DNA of 64,000 nt from the NCBI RefSeq assembly GCF_009914755.1, contig NC_060947.1; one strand, 5' to 3'. This document shows, piece after piece, positions 42,627 through 56,086 of the stretch. Positions within the stretch are counted from its first letter, which is position 1; every line of letters begins with the position of its first letter. The notes below the pieces were generated by a model. That model saw only the letters and a program-made list of their open reading frames with translations, was not told where the DNA came from and made no database searches. This stretch comes from the human T2T-CHM13v2.0 reference genome, Homo sapiens. The position numbers were made by a program, and so were the translations under genes.

Positions 42627-43194
42627 TGAACTACAGGTACATGAAGCAATATGGAGCAATCTCACAAATATAATGTTGAGTGAAATATGCCATTCATAAA
42701 AGTATACTGGATCGTTCTATTTATATGAAGTTTTTAAAAAGCAGACAAACTAAACTTTAGATATGCACATCCAGGTGGTACTACTATAAAGATGAGCAAG
42801 AGAATTATTAACACAAAATCAGCGCTGTGGGTCTCTCTGTGAGGAAGAGTGAGGCGGGGACATGAATGGGGAAGAAATAAAGGGAGCCTCAAAGACTTTG
42901 GCATCATTCTACTTTTAACTGGGGTGAAAGTTACATAGGTGTTCTCTTTAATATGATTTTTGAAAAATATGACTATGCTTTATATATTTCTCTATATGTC
43001 ACATACTTCACAAAATTAAATCTAAACAATTACATAATTTTTTAAAACAGCAAAAAATTGATCATTTTCTCTTTAACTTCCTTTTTTCACTCATCAAGGA
43101 TTCACTAAAGAAATATCGAGTTCCTACTACATGCCAGGTGTTGTTTTAGAGAAGACACTGGAGACACAGCGTATAAGACAAAGTCCTTGTCTGA

Positions 43195-43720
43195 AACCTT
43201 TTGCGTTACAAGTGACAGGAGACCTAGCACAAAGTGGATCATGTAACTGAAATGTCTAAATTTAGTCTCAGATGAGGTTTGATCTAGCAACTCCATGATG
43301 TCACCAAGGTTCTTTCTGTCCTTCTGTCTTGTTCTCTGCAGTGTTACCATTATCTTTAGGTTTCACACGATGCCCCTAAGCAGTGTCAAGTGCCTCTTGA
43401 TCATAAATGGCTGTAGCAGCTAAATGTCACACATCCTCACACCCATGGAAAAGGGGGTCTGTGTCTCAGCATTTACAACAAATGTCCTGAGGTTTACCTT
43501 AATTCAACCAGCTTACCACTGAGTATATTTCCATCTGCGAAGCAATCAGTAGAACTTTAAGAGGGTGAATCAATTATGTGGCTGGGCTTGGAGTAGGTCA
43601 TGGCGTCAACATATCCACTCCAAGCACATGGCTGAAACTTATACTTGGTACATTTCACCAATTATGAATCTGGGGCTGTTGCTAGGAGAAAGGAGAATGA
43701 AAGTTAGAAGGCAACTAAAA
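43195..43720 (-). mobile_element. Old MaLR LTR (MLT1K/L-like) inserted in L2
   Basis: 'ttacaagtgacaggagacc...catgtaactgaaatgtc...catgatgtcacc'; L2 pieces on both sides. Confidence 0.55.
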
Positions 43721-44344
43721 TCACTTTTACCGTCCCTGTTGTCGTGGAGCATATTTTCTTGGGAGGGGTGGGGGACTTGACAATAATCAAGTAAACAAAT
43801 AAATAAGCAAGATAGAAATAGTAGTAAGTGCTATGATGATAATAGAATGAAATGCAAGGTCCATGAAAACCAGGATTTTTTATCGTTTTGCTCAATGCAA
43901 TACTCCACCTGCCTAGTCCAATGCCTACCTAGCACATAGTAGGCCCTCACTAAGTATTTGTTGAGTTGAATTGTACCAAATCATAAACAGGGTGAATTGA
44001 GAAGCATTGTCTTCCACACACCTTTGTTTATTCCTCCCACCTGAGACATCCTCCACTTTCTGTTTATCCAGGTCTGGTACATCTTTCCACACTTTGTTGA
44101 AATTCCGTCTTCTTCAGGAGGCTTCCATGACATCTCTACTTCTCTTTAACCTCTCTCCTTTCTGATCATTCCCTGCCTCCACCATGGCATTGATCAGCAA
44201 TGTGCACTTTAGCCTGGGGTTTTATTACATTTTGTAATTTGACAAATACTCATTTGTAATGTAAGTTAAAATTATTTTCTATTTACATGTTTTTTTTCAA
44301 TCCCAAACAGAACATGATTCACCTATGGAAAGGTAGTGTCTCCT

Positions 44345-44540
44345 TTCCTAGCTTAGCTGTTTACTACCTGCATGTGATATTGGGTAAATTATCTGGCTGC
44401 TCTAAGAGTCAGTTTCCTAGTCTGTAATATGGGGAGAGTACCTCTCTTGTAATGCTTCATCTCTGAGTACTGAGATTTGTATGTCAGTGCCTGGCACATG
44501 GTAGGTACATGATAAACAGTAGTGGTGATGATGATAACAA
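44345..44540 (+). mobile_element. MIR
   Basis: 'tgtgatattgggtaaattat...tcagtttcctagtctgtaatatggg...cagtgcctggcacatggtagg'. Confidence 0.8.
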
Positions 44541-45710
44541 TAAGGAATTTCCTCTTTTTTCTCCCCCACTCCCTTCAGCACTTAGCCCAGTTAAGAATAC
44601 ATAATTTCAAATGCCTAATAAAGACCCACTGAATTGCCCAAAGATCCTCACTCCCTAGAAATGCCTTGAACTCCATCCCAATTCTGAGCTTCAGTATCTT
44701 GAACCTCTTGAATGCATGAGCCAGAGCCCTTCAGCAAGAAAGCTGCAGGTTTGACCCCTCTTGCTTGTTTGCCACTGATGTAGAGACCCAGTTGCTGGCC
44801 CATTTTGACTTCAGTGTCGACAGGAAATTCCCTGAAGCAAAACCTGTTTAGTAACCATACTGCCGAAATGAAGAAGCTGGGATGGGAGAAAGCAGCAGGA
44901 GTAACAGCAGCAAGCACCCTACCCATCAGGGTTTAACTGATCGGTGTCTGTAACTGATAGACACAGCCATTAGTTACATCCACGGTGCTAATACTGAACT
45001 AATGAGCACCTGTCATCAGTGTGGGCAGAGTGGCTGAAGAGACACTCGGTAGCTTCCTAATTGACTCAAATGATGGTCTGCGGGTTCCTGGGTGCTAGCT
45101 GAGCTGCCACCGGGGTTGGAGGTGGTGCTATTATGCTAATTCTTGTGCATCCCATGGGTCATAAAAGAACAGATACTTCATCTGCCAGAGGAGGAATGAC
45201 AGCAATTAAGGCCATCACGATGCCATGAAGTATTAACACAACAAATGAGGACTCTCTTTCGGTAGAATCACCCTGGACTTTTGGGGGCGGAAAAAGCCCT
45301 GCCTAAATCATTTCTCTTTACTTTTTGTGCTTATAGCCCATGATTGCTCCATTAGATCATTCATGAGCATGGTGTCCCAAATGGAAAGAGTGAGATGCAC
45401 GGGCTTTCCTGTAATCCCAGCTCCTCTGCCAGCTGGCTTTTCAGGATTAGAGCACACCTGCTGTCTTCTCAGCTGCAAACTTCCCTGCACGATAATTTGG
45501 ACACAACCCCTTACCCAAGTCCACCCCATCCAGCACCACTTCCCATCCTGGAGTGAGAGTCAGGGCTGGTGAAGGCCAAAGTCACTGCCTAGCAAGCAGG
45601 TTGAGTAAATAAAGCCTGAGGTCCTCACATAGACATATCACTGGCAGGAAAAGCTGCCGTGAGTCTGTTCCTGGTGTGATTATTCTAGTAATTCAGAGGA
45701 AAAGTTGTGA

Positions 45711-46025
<315 letters not shown>

Positions 46026-46029
46026 TGAC

Positions 46030-46205
46030 TTGACTTTAAATGTTGCTATTAATTAGTTATGTGACCTTCAACAAATACCTAACTTCCCTGGGGTGAAAAA
46101 ATAGGACCTACTTCATAGAGTAGTTATGAGAATGAAATAAAATAATCTATACCTGGTGTTTGGCACAAATTGTGTGTTCAATAAATGTTAGCTCTTATTA
46201 TAATT
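46030..46205 (+). mobile_element. MIR
   Basis: 'tagttatgtgaccttcaacaaatacctaac...gttcaataaatgttagct'. Confidence 0.75.
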
Positions 46206-46609
46206 ATTGGCAGGGACTGTGGTGATATTTGAGAGTAATGACTTTGACCAAAGAGCTGGAAAGACTGATGCTATCTAACATCAGGGTCAGCATGTAGCTG
46301 TTCAATCAGGCTGGCCTTCAGGTAAAATTGGCTAATTTCATAGACTATAGTGAGCTAGGACATCTGCAATTTGAAAATGAAAAATATTTCCTATGAAGCC
46401 TATGAAGCCTTAGTTGTCGGTATCCAAAAGGTACATTTGGTTCCTGCCAGCCCCTGGGGTTCAGCTGGACCAAATGGCTTCAAAAAGGTATAGATGGCAG
46501 TTCAGGGTCATTATGGACTAGCTTCCTGGTCTGATGGCTAAATAGTAACCTGCAATGCGACATGTACAGTAGGCCTCTGACCCCAGCCCCAATTTACTCC
46601 CTTGTTAAT

Positions 46610-46900
46610 CAGTGCGTTAGTTTGGGACCTGCAAGAAGTAGATACAGAGACCGGATTAAGTGTTCAATGATTTCACTGGGGGAAACGTGTGAGAGAAAAT
46701 GGGACTAGAGCCAGAGAGGCCCAGAGTGGCCTCAGACTGCAATGTAAGTCTGACCTTGAAAAATCAAACAGAGAGAGATCAAACAGCAGAGTACGGCAGC
46801 TGGAGCCCTTGGTCAAGGATGTTCTCTGTAGTTGGAACAGCAATGCACATTACCATGGTGGCCACAATGAATGACATGGAAGAAATATCTAAAAGACAAA
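46610..46900 (-). mobile_element. Old ERVL LTR fragment (LTR16-like)
   Basis: 'agaagtagatacagagaccggattaagtgttcaatgatttcactgggggaaacgtgtgagagaaaatggg'. Confidence 0.5.
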
Positions 46901-47694
46901 ATGATCAAGTTTGCAGATGACACTGGGATGCAATGCTTAGAATCTGGTCTTGCATGGTTTTGAATGTGTTCTTTTTCAAAGCTGAACATATACAAGAGCT
47001 CCTTATATGATCCCATTAGCTTCTTGGGATGCCTCCCCCTATTCTTTCATTGCAGTTGTATAATTAGAATTATATTTTGACAGGTATGAGAAATTATGCT
47101 GCGGAGAAATACTTGACAGCAGGTATTAAAAGGTATTCAAGTTATATTTTGAATTTAAAGAAAACAGGTTAAAAACTGTCTTTACAGCATGATTTTCATT
47201 TTCTTAAAAATTACACATGCATAGGAAAAAATAAAGAAACAGATAAACATAAAAATATCAAAAGTGGCTATATTTAATGTCTTTTAAGCTTCTTTTTGTG
47301 TCTCTGCGGTTTCTATTTTTCCAGTGTATTACTTCTGAGATATTCCCAATGCTGTGGAGTGATCTTCCCTTTCAAAATCCCCTGTACTTGTATAAGTGGA
47401 CCTTCCAAGGGCTGGGTATGCCTCTCACTGGCTCAGCCTTTCTGAGAAAGGATGAAATGAAAAAGTGGTTTATCTCAAGTCTTGTCACCATTTCAACTAC
47501 CTTTTTAGCTTTTTGCCTCTTGACTTGCTTCTGACCACTGAGAATTGCTAACTCCCTGCCTAGGTCACCATGTCCCCCTGCTGTCCAGACACTCAGCTTT
47601 ACTTAACTTGAAGCTGCTATGGGATTAGTCCCCTTTGGACCTATTAGTAGTAATAATATCATTCATACATTTCCCTCACTCCTCTGTTTCCTAG

Positions 47695-47925
47695 AAACAA
47701 TAATAATGTCTAACATTTAATTGAGTGCTCACCACATGCCAGACACTGTGCTAAATACTTTAAATGTATTGACTCATTAAATTCTCTCTATAACTCTGTA
47801 ATGTTGGTACTATTATTATCCATATTTTACAGATAAGGAAACTGAGACAATGGGGAGTGAATTAAGTGGGCCAAACTCACTCAGCCAGTGAGTGGCAGGG
47901 CCAGGATGCTTGCCTACCTTTGCCT
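47695..47925 (-). mobile_element. MIR
   Basis: 'tattattatccatattttacagataaggaaactgagac'. Confidence 0.88.
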
Positions 47926-47939
47926 GGGGGATTTTTTTT

Positions 47940-48140
47940 TTACTTGCACTCACAAATAAGATTTATCACAGCTAAAGGATACAATGCAAAACCTGCAAAG
48001 GGAAAAGGCATGAGAAGGGAGGTCTTAGAGGAAGCCATGTACAAGCTTCCAAGAGTCCTCTCCCTGTGGAGACACATAGGACGTGCTTCATTTTCAGCAT
48101 TAAATTTAGAAAACATACATGAAATGTTGTTTACCTGCCT
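47940..48140. mobile_element. MER21-like LTR fragment
   Basis: 'aagatttatcacagctaaaggatacaatgcaaaacctgcaaagggaaaaggc...caagcttccaagagtcctctccc'. Confidence 0.65.
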
Positions 48141-48602
48141 GGAGGATTGATTGCCTGTTGTTTCTTGATCCTGCCTCAGAATGGTCCTATCAACTGCCAC
48201 TGGCCCACATCCAAGTGTGAAAGATCTATATGCAACATTTCTTCAGGCAAGGTACCCCAAGAAGCATCCAGCTGTGACTTTGAGAAAGTTATCTACATCC
48301 TCTGAGTCTCAGTTTTCCCATCTGTAGACAGGATTAATATTCCTTTGCAGAGTTCTGAAGATGATTGAATGGAAAAAGGTATGAGAGACAACTGATGCCA
48401 ATTCCCAACACAGGACAGTACTCATTGAGGAGAAAGCTGAAGAAGACATGGAAATAGTCACCTTTAGTTAATGGAAGAGGGGACTCACCTATGAGCACTT
48501 TGAAACATTCATTTTCAGAATTCAAAAAAGCACGAGACTGTTCAGAATGGATTTTCAGAGTAGCAGCTTTCAAGGTTTGGGCATTTGAAATTTTAAACAG
48601 TG

Positions 48603-48909
48603 GATTCTGGATATTAGCCCTTGTCATTCTCAGCAAACTAACACAGGAACAGAAAACCAAACACTGCAGGTTCTCACTCATAAGTGGGAGTTGAACAGTG
48701 AGAACACATGGACACAGGGAGAGGAATGTCACACACCAGGGCCTGTTGGGGGGCGGGGGACTAGGGGAGGGATAGCATGAGGGGAAATACCTAATGTAGG
48801 TGACGGGTTGATGGGTGCAGCAAACCAACATGGCATGTGTATACCTACGTAACAAACCAGCACATTCTGCACATGTATCCCAAAACTTAAAGTATAATTT
48901 AAAAAAAAA
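48603..48909 (+). mobile_element. Short 5'-truncated L1PA 3' end with 16-bp TSD
   Basis: 'cattctcagcaaactaacacaggaacagaaaaccaaacac...aacttaaagtataat' then poly-A; TSD gaaattttaaacagtg at 48587-48602 and 48910-48925. Confidence 0.96.
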
Positions 48910-48989
48910 GAAATTTTAAACAGTGAAGGAACCACATGACTAACGCCTTGTTGGGAAATGTACTGTCATTCAGGTCAATGCAGAGTGCG

Positions 48990-49720
48990 ATGGAAGCATG
49001 AAGAAGCTTCCATAAATGAGGAGACCAGAGAAAGGGCCTAAGAAAATTCCCTGGAGGATGTTCACATTGAATTGTGAAGGGTGAGGAGAGCTGATCAAGA
49101 AAGGGGGTTAAGGCATTCCAGATACAGGAAACCACATGCACAAAGGCCCAGAGACAAAAATGGCATCGTCATTGTCATTGTCATCATCATCATTCTTCCT
49201 ATCTTTTGAGTACCTTCTATGTGCTAGACACTATAGTAGGTGCTTTCTATGTTATTTGAAATCCCCACATAACGTTATAAAGTAAGCATCCTTCTACACA
49301 TCTTACAGATAAGGATACTGCGATCTTAAGAGGTTCAGGTGATCCATGTAAGTAGTAAAGCTGGAACTGGAGAGCCCAGGCATGCAGACTCCAAATCCCA
49401 AACTCATTCTGCTGTATGGAGACCCTCCTTTGGAACATGAAAAGCCATGATGAATTTGCGGAACTGTAGAATACCCAGTGCAGCTGAGATGTATCCAAGG
49501 AGTTAAGGGAAACTAGGCTAGAAGAATAAGCAGGGTTTAAGTCCCACAAGGCTTTGAAGGACATGCTCAGGCATTTCGACTGTATCCTGAGGGACTGGGA
49601 ATTTTGGAAGCAAAACAGCAAAATGGTGGTGGAGTTACATGATCAGTTTTGTGTCTTTGGTAGCAGTATGCGAATTGAATTAGAAGATCAAGATTGAATG
49701 TAAGAAGACCAGCAGCTCAG
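48990..49720 (-). mobile_element. L2 fragments with a nested MIR (~49190-49420)
   Basis: 'aggcattccagatacaggaaaccacatgcacaaaggccca'; MIR 'catcttacagataaggatactg'. Confidence 0.7.
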
Positions 49721-50660
49721 TGCTTAAGCCCAAGAACAAGAGGCATCAATTATTCAAGTATCTGCTACTTTGTTAAGTGGATTTATCAGAAAAGTGTCAG
49801 AGGTCTCAGTCACTTGTTTCCAGAATCTTCACAAAGGCTTTGCTGCTTCCATTATCCTTCTTCCTACCTCCCTGCTTCTATTCCTCAGTATGATTACAGA
49901 CTCCTAAAACAGGGTGCTGTCTAGGAGGGAAATCACGCAACAGTGGAAAGCTATTACTCACTCTTTTTGGAAGCCTGTTCCCTCAATACTGTGGCAATAA
50001 AGAAAATTCTGAGTTTAACGATGGTGGGGATAGAATAGAGGAGTGGTGGAAGCAAGCAGTAATTCTGCCAGTAACACCAATGAAGCCATGTGGTCTTTTC
50101 AACCACGGTACAAGGAACACCTCTCAGCTCTGGATATATTACTCAGATTCTTGCATGAATCAAATAGTGAAAATTCAGGCACACTTTCAGACACCTATGG
50201 AAATCTTGGCCATGCTTAACCAGAACTTTATAGAAGTTCACATTCTTTGATCCAATACTTTCATTTCCATGAAATCATTCGAAATACAGCAAAGTTTCAT
50301 GCATAAAAAGTTTAAATACAGTGATATTTATAACAATGAAAACAAAAACAGGCTAAATGCTAAATCACTTGGAAAAGGCTAAACTATATACTCGATCAAT
50401 TGATTACTATGTAGGCTTTAAAAAATTACATAGCAGGGAAAATGTTTATGCTAAGATATAATTTTAAAAGATAAAATTGTGAAACTTCACAAAGTTACAT
50501 GTATTCTTATGATCATGTAAAACAAACAAATCATAAGAAAAATTATGCATAAAAGAAAGACTGGAAGGAAATATAACAAAATGGTGAGACTTGGTATAAA
50601 TTTTCTACCAACTTTTAAAATACGAATCTATATTTCTTTTATAATAGAAATAATACTGTG

Positions 50661-50950
50661 GGCTGGGTGCAGTGGCTCACACCTGTAATCCTGGCACTTT
50701 GGGAGGCTGAGGCAGGTGGATCACCTGAGGTCAGGAGTTCAAGACAAGCCTGACCAACATGGTGAAAACCGGTCTCTACTAAAAATACAAAATTAGCCAG
50801 GCATGGTGGCGGGTGCCTGTAATCCCAGTTACTCGGGAGGCTGAGGCAGGAGAATCTCATGAACCCGGGAGGTGGAGGTTTCTGTGAACCAAGATGGCAC
50901 CACTGTACTCCAGCCTGGACAACAAGAGTGAAACTCCGAAAAAAAAAAGA
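50661..50950 (+). mobile_element. AluS element
   Basis: Full dimer; tail expanded into a purine microsatellite. Confidence 0.96.
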
Positions 50951-51052
50951 AAAAGAAAAGAAAAGAAAAAAAAGAAAGAAAGAAGGAAAGAAAGAAAGAA
51001 AGAAAGAAAGAGAAGAAAGAAAGAAAGAAAGAGAAAGAAAGAGAAAGAAGGA

Positions 51053-51104
<52 letters not shown>

Positions 51105-51165
51105 AAAGAGAAAGAAAGGGAAAGGAAAGGAAAGAAAGGGAAAGGGAAAGGAAAGGAAAGGAAAA
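50938..51165. repeat. (GAAA)n/(GGAAA)n compound polypurine microsatellite
   Basis: About 228 bp consisting only of A and G. Confidence 0.97.
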
Positions 51166-52154
51166 CAGTTTATTTAAAATTCTGTTTAAAAGTATCTAGA
51201 ATGCCATGAATTATAAGATGGATTCTGACTTCATGGACAATAAAATGTCCAAAAAACTTATGTGAGACCCTAGGACTGCCCAACTCTAGCCCTACAAAAC
51301 AGTGGCCAACTCTGCCACTCTTTATCCATCTGATTATGGGCAAGTCACTTAAACTCTCTGAACTTCCATTTATGCCAGGTATAAAATAGAAGTTAATTCC
51401 ACAAAACAGCTTAGCACCAAGCCTGAAACTTGCACTCAATAAAAGTTAGTTATTATTGCTTGTAATAGTATTGCAATGTCTTCCCTCTAATTCTGATAGA
51501 AAGCAAAAATGATTAGAGAAAATTTCCAGCAAGAAGTTTTCCTTTTGTATGTGAAAATGTGAGGATGGGTTTGGTAGGTCTGCATCCACAAAATGACTTC
51601 TCTAATGTTTACATTTTACTTACATTAATTAACACAGAGTCATGACACAGGCAAGGGAGGCATCTAAACAGCAAAGGTCAGAGAACAGGTTTCTTTTATA
51701 TATTTATTTCAAAAGACTCATTGCACTATGTAGAGAAAGAGCATGGGGTTTATGAAACTGCAGGTTACTCATTTAAACTCTGGGTGCCACACCTCACTGT
51801 AGGATTAGAAGGGGGCTCTCTCAGGCATTAGCCTACTCCCCCAGCACTACTTCCAGGAGCAAACAATTGCAGTCCTTGGCATAAGTGGATTGTGACAGAT
51901 CTACCTGGTGAACATTCAGAAAGTGGGTTTATTTATTAATACCTTTCTCTTGCCCACAATAGATTTGAGACAGCTACATTTAAAAAGAAAATGGGGAGAG
52001 CCAAAGCAAGGAATAAGTTCCTACTAGGAACAGATGTATGGGAAAGTATTCTTTATTGCATGGAAGGAAGGGGAAATAATGTGGGTCTTTGTGTTGGACT
52101 GTGTGGGAAGGTAGTTCAAACCATGACACTAAAGTAAAAGGAAATTTTAATGTA

Positions 52155-52190
52155 CATACACACACACAGACACACACACACACACACACT
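52155..52190. repeat. (CA)n microsatellite
   Basis: cacacacacagacacacacacacacacacac. Confidence 0.9.
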
Positions 52191-52249
52191 AGCCATCACA
52201 GCAGGCAGCCATGAGCTGCCTAACTCTCCATATGCACAGAATTCATATT

Positions 52250-52930
52250 GAGCAATGCCAATTGATACTGAACATTCCAAACTGTCTTGCAGGACTTTCA
52301 CCCTAAAGTGTGCAAAGAATGCATCTTGATCCTTTGAAGAATTACAGAGATGTCTCATCTTTGGAAATTCTTGGAAACCGGAGTTCCTGGAGATTAGAAA
52401 AAGCCAACTAAAAAAAATCTACCTTTTCAGAAAGGATAGAGAGTCAACATAGAGATGAAAGATTGAATAACCCAATTTTACTCACAGGATAATATGTTTT
52501 TAAAATTCCTCAATGAAAATAAAAAGAACGATAAGAATAGCACAGAGTACTGAGTAACAATCAGCACTACATTATGAAGAAAATAGTCATGCTGACCCAA
52601 TCTAATTTTTGTTGGGTAACAGATGACAAGCCTAATGGATTTGGGGCAGCAAACAACGTAATATGTATTAACCTTGGAAAGGCTTTTGATTCTGCTCCTA
52701 GCCGTGACCTACTCATTAACTAGCTTGAAAAATATTGTTCACACCACATACAAGTGGCACTAGTGGATGATAGTGACCAGCTGGGTTTTGATAGCTCAGT
52801 AAGAACCAGAGATAGGGAATCACAGTGCATATTGTTTCTCAGGGAACTGACCTAAGTCTGATACAATTTAATATTTTCATCAAAACTTCAGTGGGTGGAA
52901 GAGAAAACATGCCTGTTAATTACAGGAAAA
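52250..52930 (+). mobile_element. CR1/L3 LINE reverse-transcriptase relic
   Basis: Degenerate CR1 RT motifs in order: VPGD*KKAN (VPEDW..AN), FQKG, SC*PNLI (SCLTNLI), CINLGKAFDS (YLDFSKAFD), FNIFIK (LFNIFIND). Confidence 0.8.
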
Positions 52931-54169
52931 TAAAGGAATGAAGATTTTTAAACCCAGAGATAAGAAAATACATGATAAATGGTAACTATTTTATCCTCTA
53001 CCTCTAACAGCAAAACGAAAACAGATTTGGAAGAATATAGGAATGAAGGGAAGAAGGGAGATAAGACACTAATCTTTGACACGTAGCACCTTCTAGAATA
53101 AGACAAAAAGGAGGTCAAAGAGCGTGAAGATGAGAGAGTAAGTAAATGATGGGGATCTCAGAGAAGGAGTTCTTTATAAGTGTACAGATAAGGGGAGCCA
53201 GTGGAGAAAGCTGAAAAGTCACTTACAAATATAACTGCAGGTCAGGATCTGACGGTGTTATGTGACTAGCAATCCATAGGCCTGTTGGAAAAAAGTACAC
53301 CAGGCCACAAATTGCCAAATATGCCTTAGGAATATGTTTAAGGCAACAACTCAGCAAAAGGTAAAATACTCAGCTAAAATGGATGGCATTCGTCATGGCA
53401 TTTTTTTTCTGTGAGGGTAAATAGTCAAGGGGTTGAATGTGGACAGAATCTTGATGGAATGTTACCATGGTGCAAGAACATACAGGTCACTCAGAAATCA
53501 CAAGCATTCAAGAAAATGCAGAATAGGAAGGCAAATGCTTTCAACAAGCCGAAAACCCGGATAGAAGTTTCCAGGTGGTCATAAGGGAAGTGTGGGGGCA
53601 ATTCTACAGGTCCAGGAATGGATTTGTCATTATTAGTCCAGGGGAAGAAAGAAGAGGAGGGAGAATAAGAGATAGAGTTGGCTGAAGCAAGAATTCCCCA
53701 GAGCCCCAGAAAGCAAATTGGAATGCTTTATACCAAAGGCCAATCTAGCCAGATCACAAAACTCTGATGACAAGTACTAAAAAGTACATGATTGTGTGTT
53801 AAGTGACTTAGAAAGCCCTAAAGTGAGACAGGACACAAAAAGTCAAGAGAAAAACATTCTTCAATTAGTTAAGGCAACAAAGGAGGCTGAAGGTAAGAAA
53901 AACATGATTTTCCAGTCATCTCTCTTGTTCCTCCCCCCAGACCCTCACATCATCCCTCGGAGAGCTACTGCCAGATGACAACCAGGAAACACTCATAATA
54001 CAAGTGAATTGTGTGGGCCTGAAAAGAACAAAATTAAGGGGTATTAGGAGCATGTAGTTGTTAATCTCCATCTCATGCAGGTCTTAGCTTTTTGATTTGT
54101 TATTGAGGATTATTTGGGTACCTGTGAAGCTTTGAGAAGAGAAATAATAACTCTTATAATCCTGGTAAT

Positions 54170-55070
54170 GTCTTTTTAAAGAAATTTATTTTTAAATTTC
54201 ATAATATGTTAATACCTGCTCATTATTAAAAACATAGAAGTATATAAGGCAAAATATGATAATGTTCCTTCACATTGGCAATTCAAATTCTCTCCGCAGA
54301 GCTAGAACTAATTAGTATTATCAGTTTGGAGTGTGTTCTACCAGGTCTGTTTCTGTATATTTACGCACACACTTCTTTAAGTACGTAGACACACACACAC
54401 AGTTCTTTAAGTACATAGACCAGAGATTGGCCCATGTCAGCACATGCAGTTCTGCCTCACTCCTTTTAACAACTGCATATCCTATGGTATTGATAGTTTA
54501 TTTATTACTGGCCTAATTGATAGACAATTAGATTGATTCTCATTTTCTCCATTTTGTTCTAGTATAATTAATGTTGTGATGAAAGGCTTTGTATACACAA
54601 ATTTGGGCACATACTGAATATTTCTATAGGAGAGGAGACATTCCTCAGAGTCTAATTTCTTGGCATATGCATTCGAATTTTTGATAGAAACTGCCAAACT
54701 GCCATCCAGAATTGCTATTCCAATTTACTCTCAAGGATATATGACAGTATCTGTCGATACTATCAAAACCTCTGGATATTATTTTTTATTTTTATTTTTG
54801 CCTGTCTGAGAGGCAAAAATAATGCTTTTTGTTTGGACCTGCATTTCCCCATTATCAATACCTACACTATCCAGTGAGATTAAGCACCTTTTCAAATGTT
54901 AGTTTATATTTTTTCTGTGAATTGCTTGTTTAATGACTTATACTTATTTGGTATGTTTATCTCTTTCTTATGGGTTTATATAAGTTCTTTGTACATTATG
55001 GATGTGAATCCTTTGTCATATGTCGTATAGTTATTTTCTTGCAGACTATCATTTGTCTTCCATGTATTGT
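54170..55070 (-). mobile_element. L1ME-type 3' fragment
   Basis: 'ttttgatagaaactgccaaactgccatccaga...ccagtgagattaagcaccttttcaaatgttag'. Confidence 0.8.
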
Positions 55071-55094
55071 AACATCGTAAAACAATCTTTATCC

Positions 55095-55345
55095 CTAGTG
55101 CTATGGCTCATGCCTGTAATCCCAGCACTTTGGGAGGCCAAGGCGGGAGAATCAATTGAGGCCAGGAGTTTGAGACCAGCCTAGGCAACATAGGGAGACC
55201 TCATTTCTATAAAAAATAACAAAAAATTAGCCTGGAGTGGTAGGGCACACTTGTAGCCCTTAGCTACTCGGGAGGAAGGCTGAAGTGGGAGGATTGTTTG
55301 AGCCTAGGAGATTGAGGCTGCAGTGAATTGAGACTCATAAGCCAT
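55095..55345 (+). mobile_element. 3'-truncated AluJ
   Basis: Left arm, linker and partial right arm; no tail. Confidence 0.9.
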
Positions 55346-56043
55346 CTTGTACTGATATTTCTTTCACCACCCTGTACAGGATTTATGTGGCATAATGTAA
55401 AGAACCTCATAATCCAGCCTTGAGAGAAAAGTCTGTAGTAAGAAGGATAAAAAAAAATCTGTGTCCCATCCCACCCATAGCCCACCACGCATGTCCAATG
55501 GGAACAGAATCTGTCATATAAAAAGTGCCAATATGCACCACAGTTTAGTAGCTTGCTGCATAACTGACAAAACCGAGCTCATAATTAGCTGACAGATTTA
55601 CAGATTGCATACCCGGTCCCCTTCACCAGGATTTCAGTGCCAAGGATGGGTGTAAATAGATTTTCTTTATTCTCAAACACTGTGGATGATATTTGGTAAA
55701 ACACTTACATTTCCTGGCTCTCTTCCATGTTTGCTATCTTCCCCATGTTTAGGTCCCATATGGAAAAACAAGAACAAGAACACTGAATATTTAGAGGGCC
55801 TTGATTTCCCTCCTGGTGCCATACACCATCTGCACAGTCACTGCACCATCCTGTGGCCATGCCTGGAAACTGCACACTCGCTGCTCGTAGGCAGCCTGCC
55901 AAGGTCCCCTCTGCTGAAACCTTGCAACCGGTCTATCACCATCTTGTCTCCTCTTTGCCTCTTTCCAACCACCAAATTAGAAAGGAAAGGCAATGCTAGC
56001 GAAGCTTATCCATGGTATTTTCTTATCTTTCTCTCTTTTAGAG

Positions 56044-56086
56044 GGTGTGTGTGTGTGTGTGTGTGTGCGTGTGTGTGTGTATGTGC
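56044..56086. repeat. (TG)n microsatellite
   Basis: gtgtgtgtgtgtgtgtgtgtgtgcgtgtgtgtgtgt. Confidence 0.92.

Noticed and set aside
48334-48855. 173-aa minus ORF
   Set aside because: Mostly antisense L1PA 3' UTR.
50859-51209. K/E/R-rich ORFs
   Set aside because: Translation of an Alu tail and the (GAAA)n repeat.
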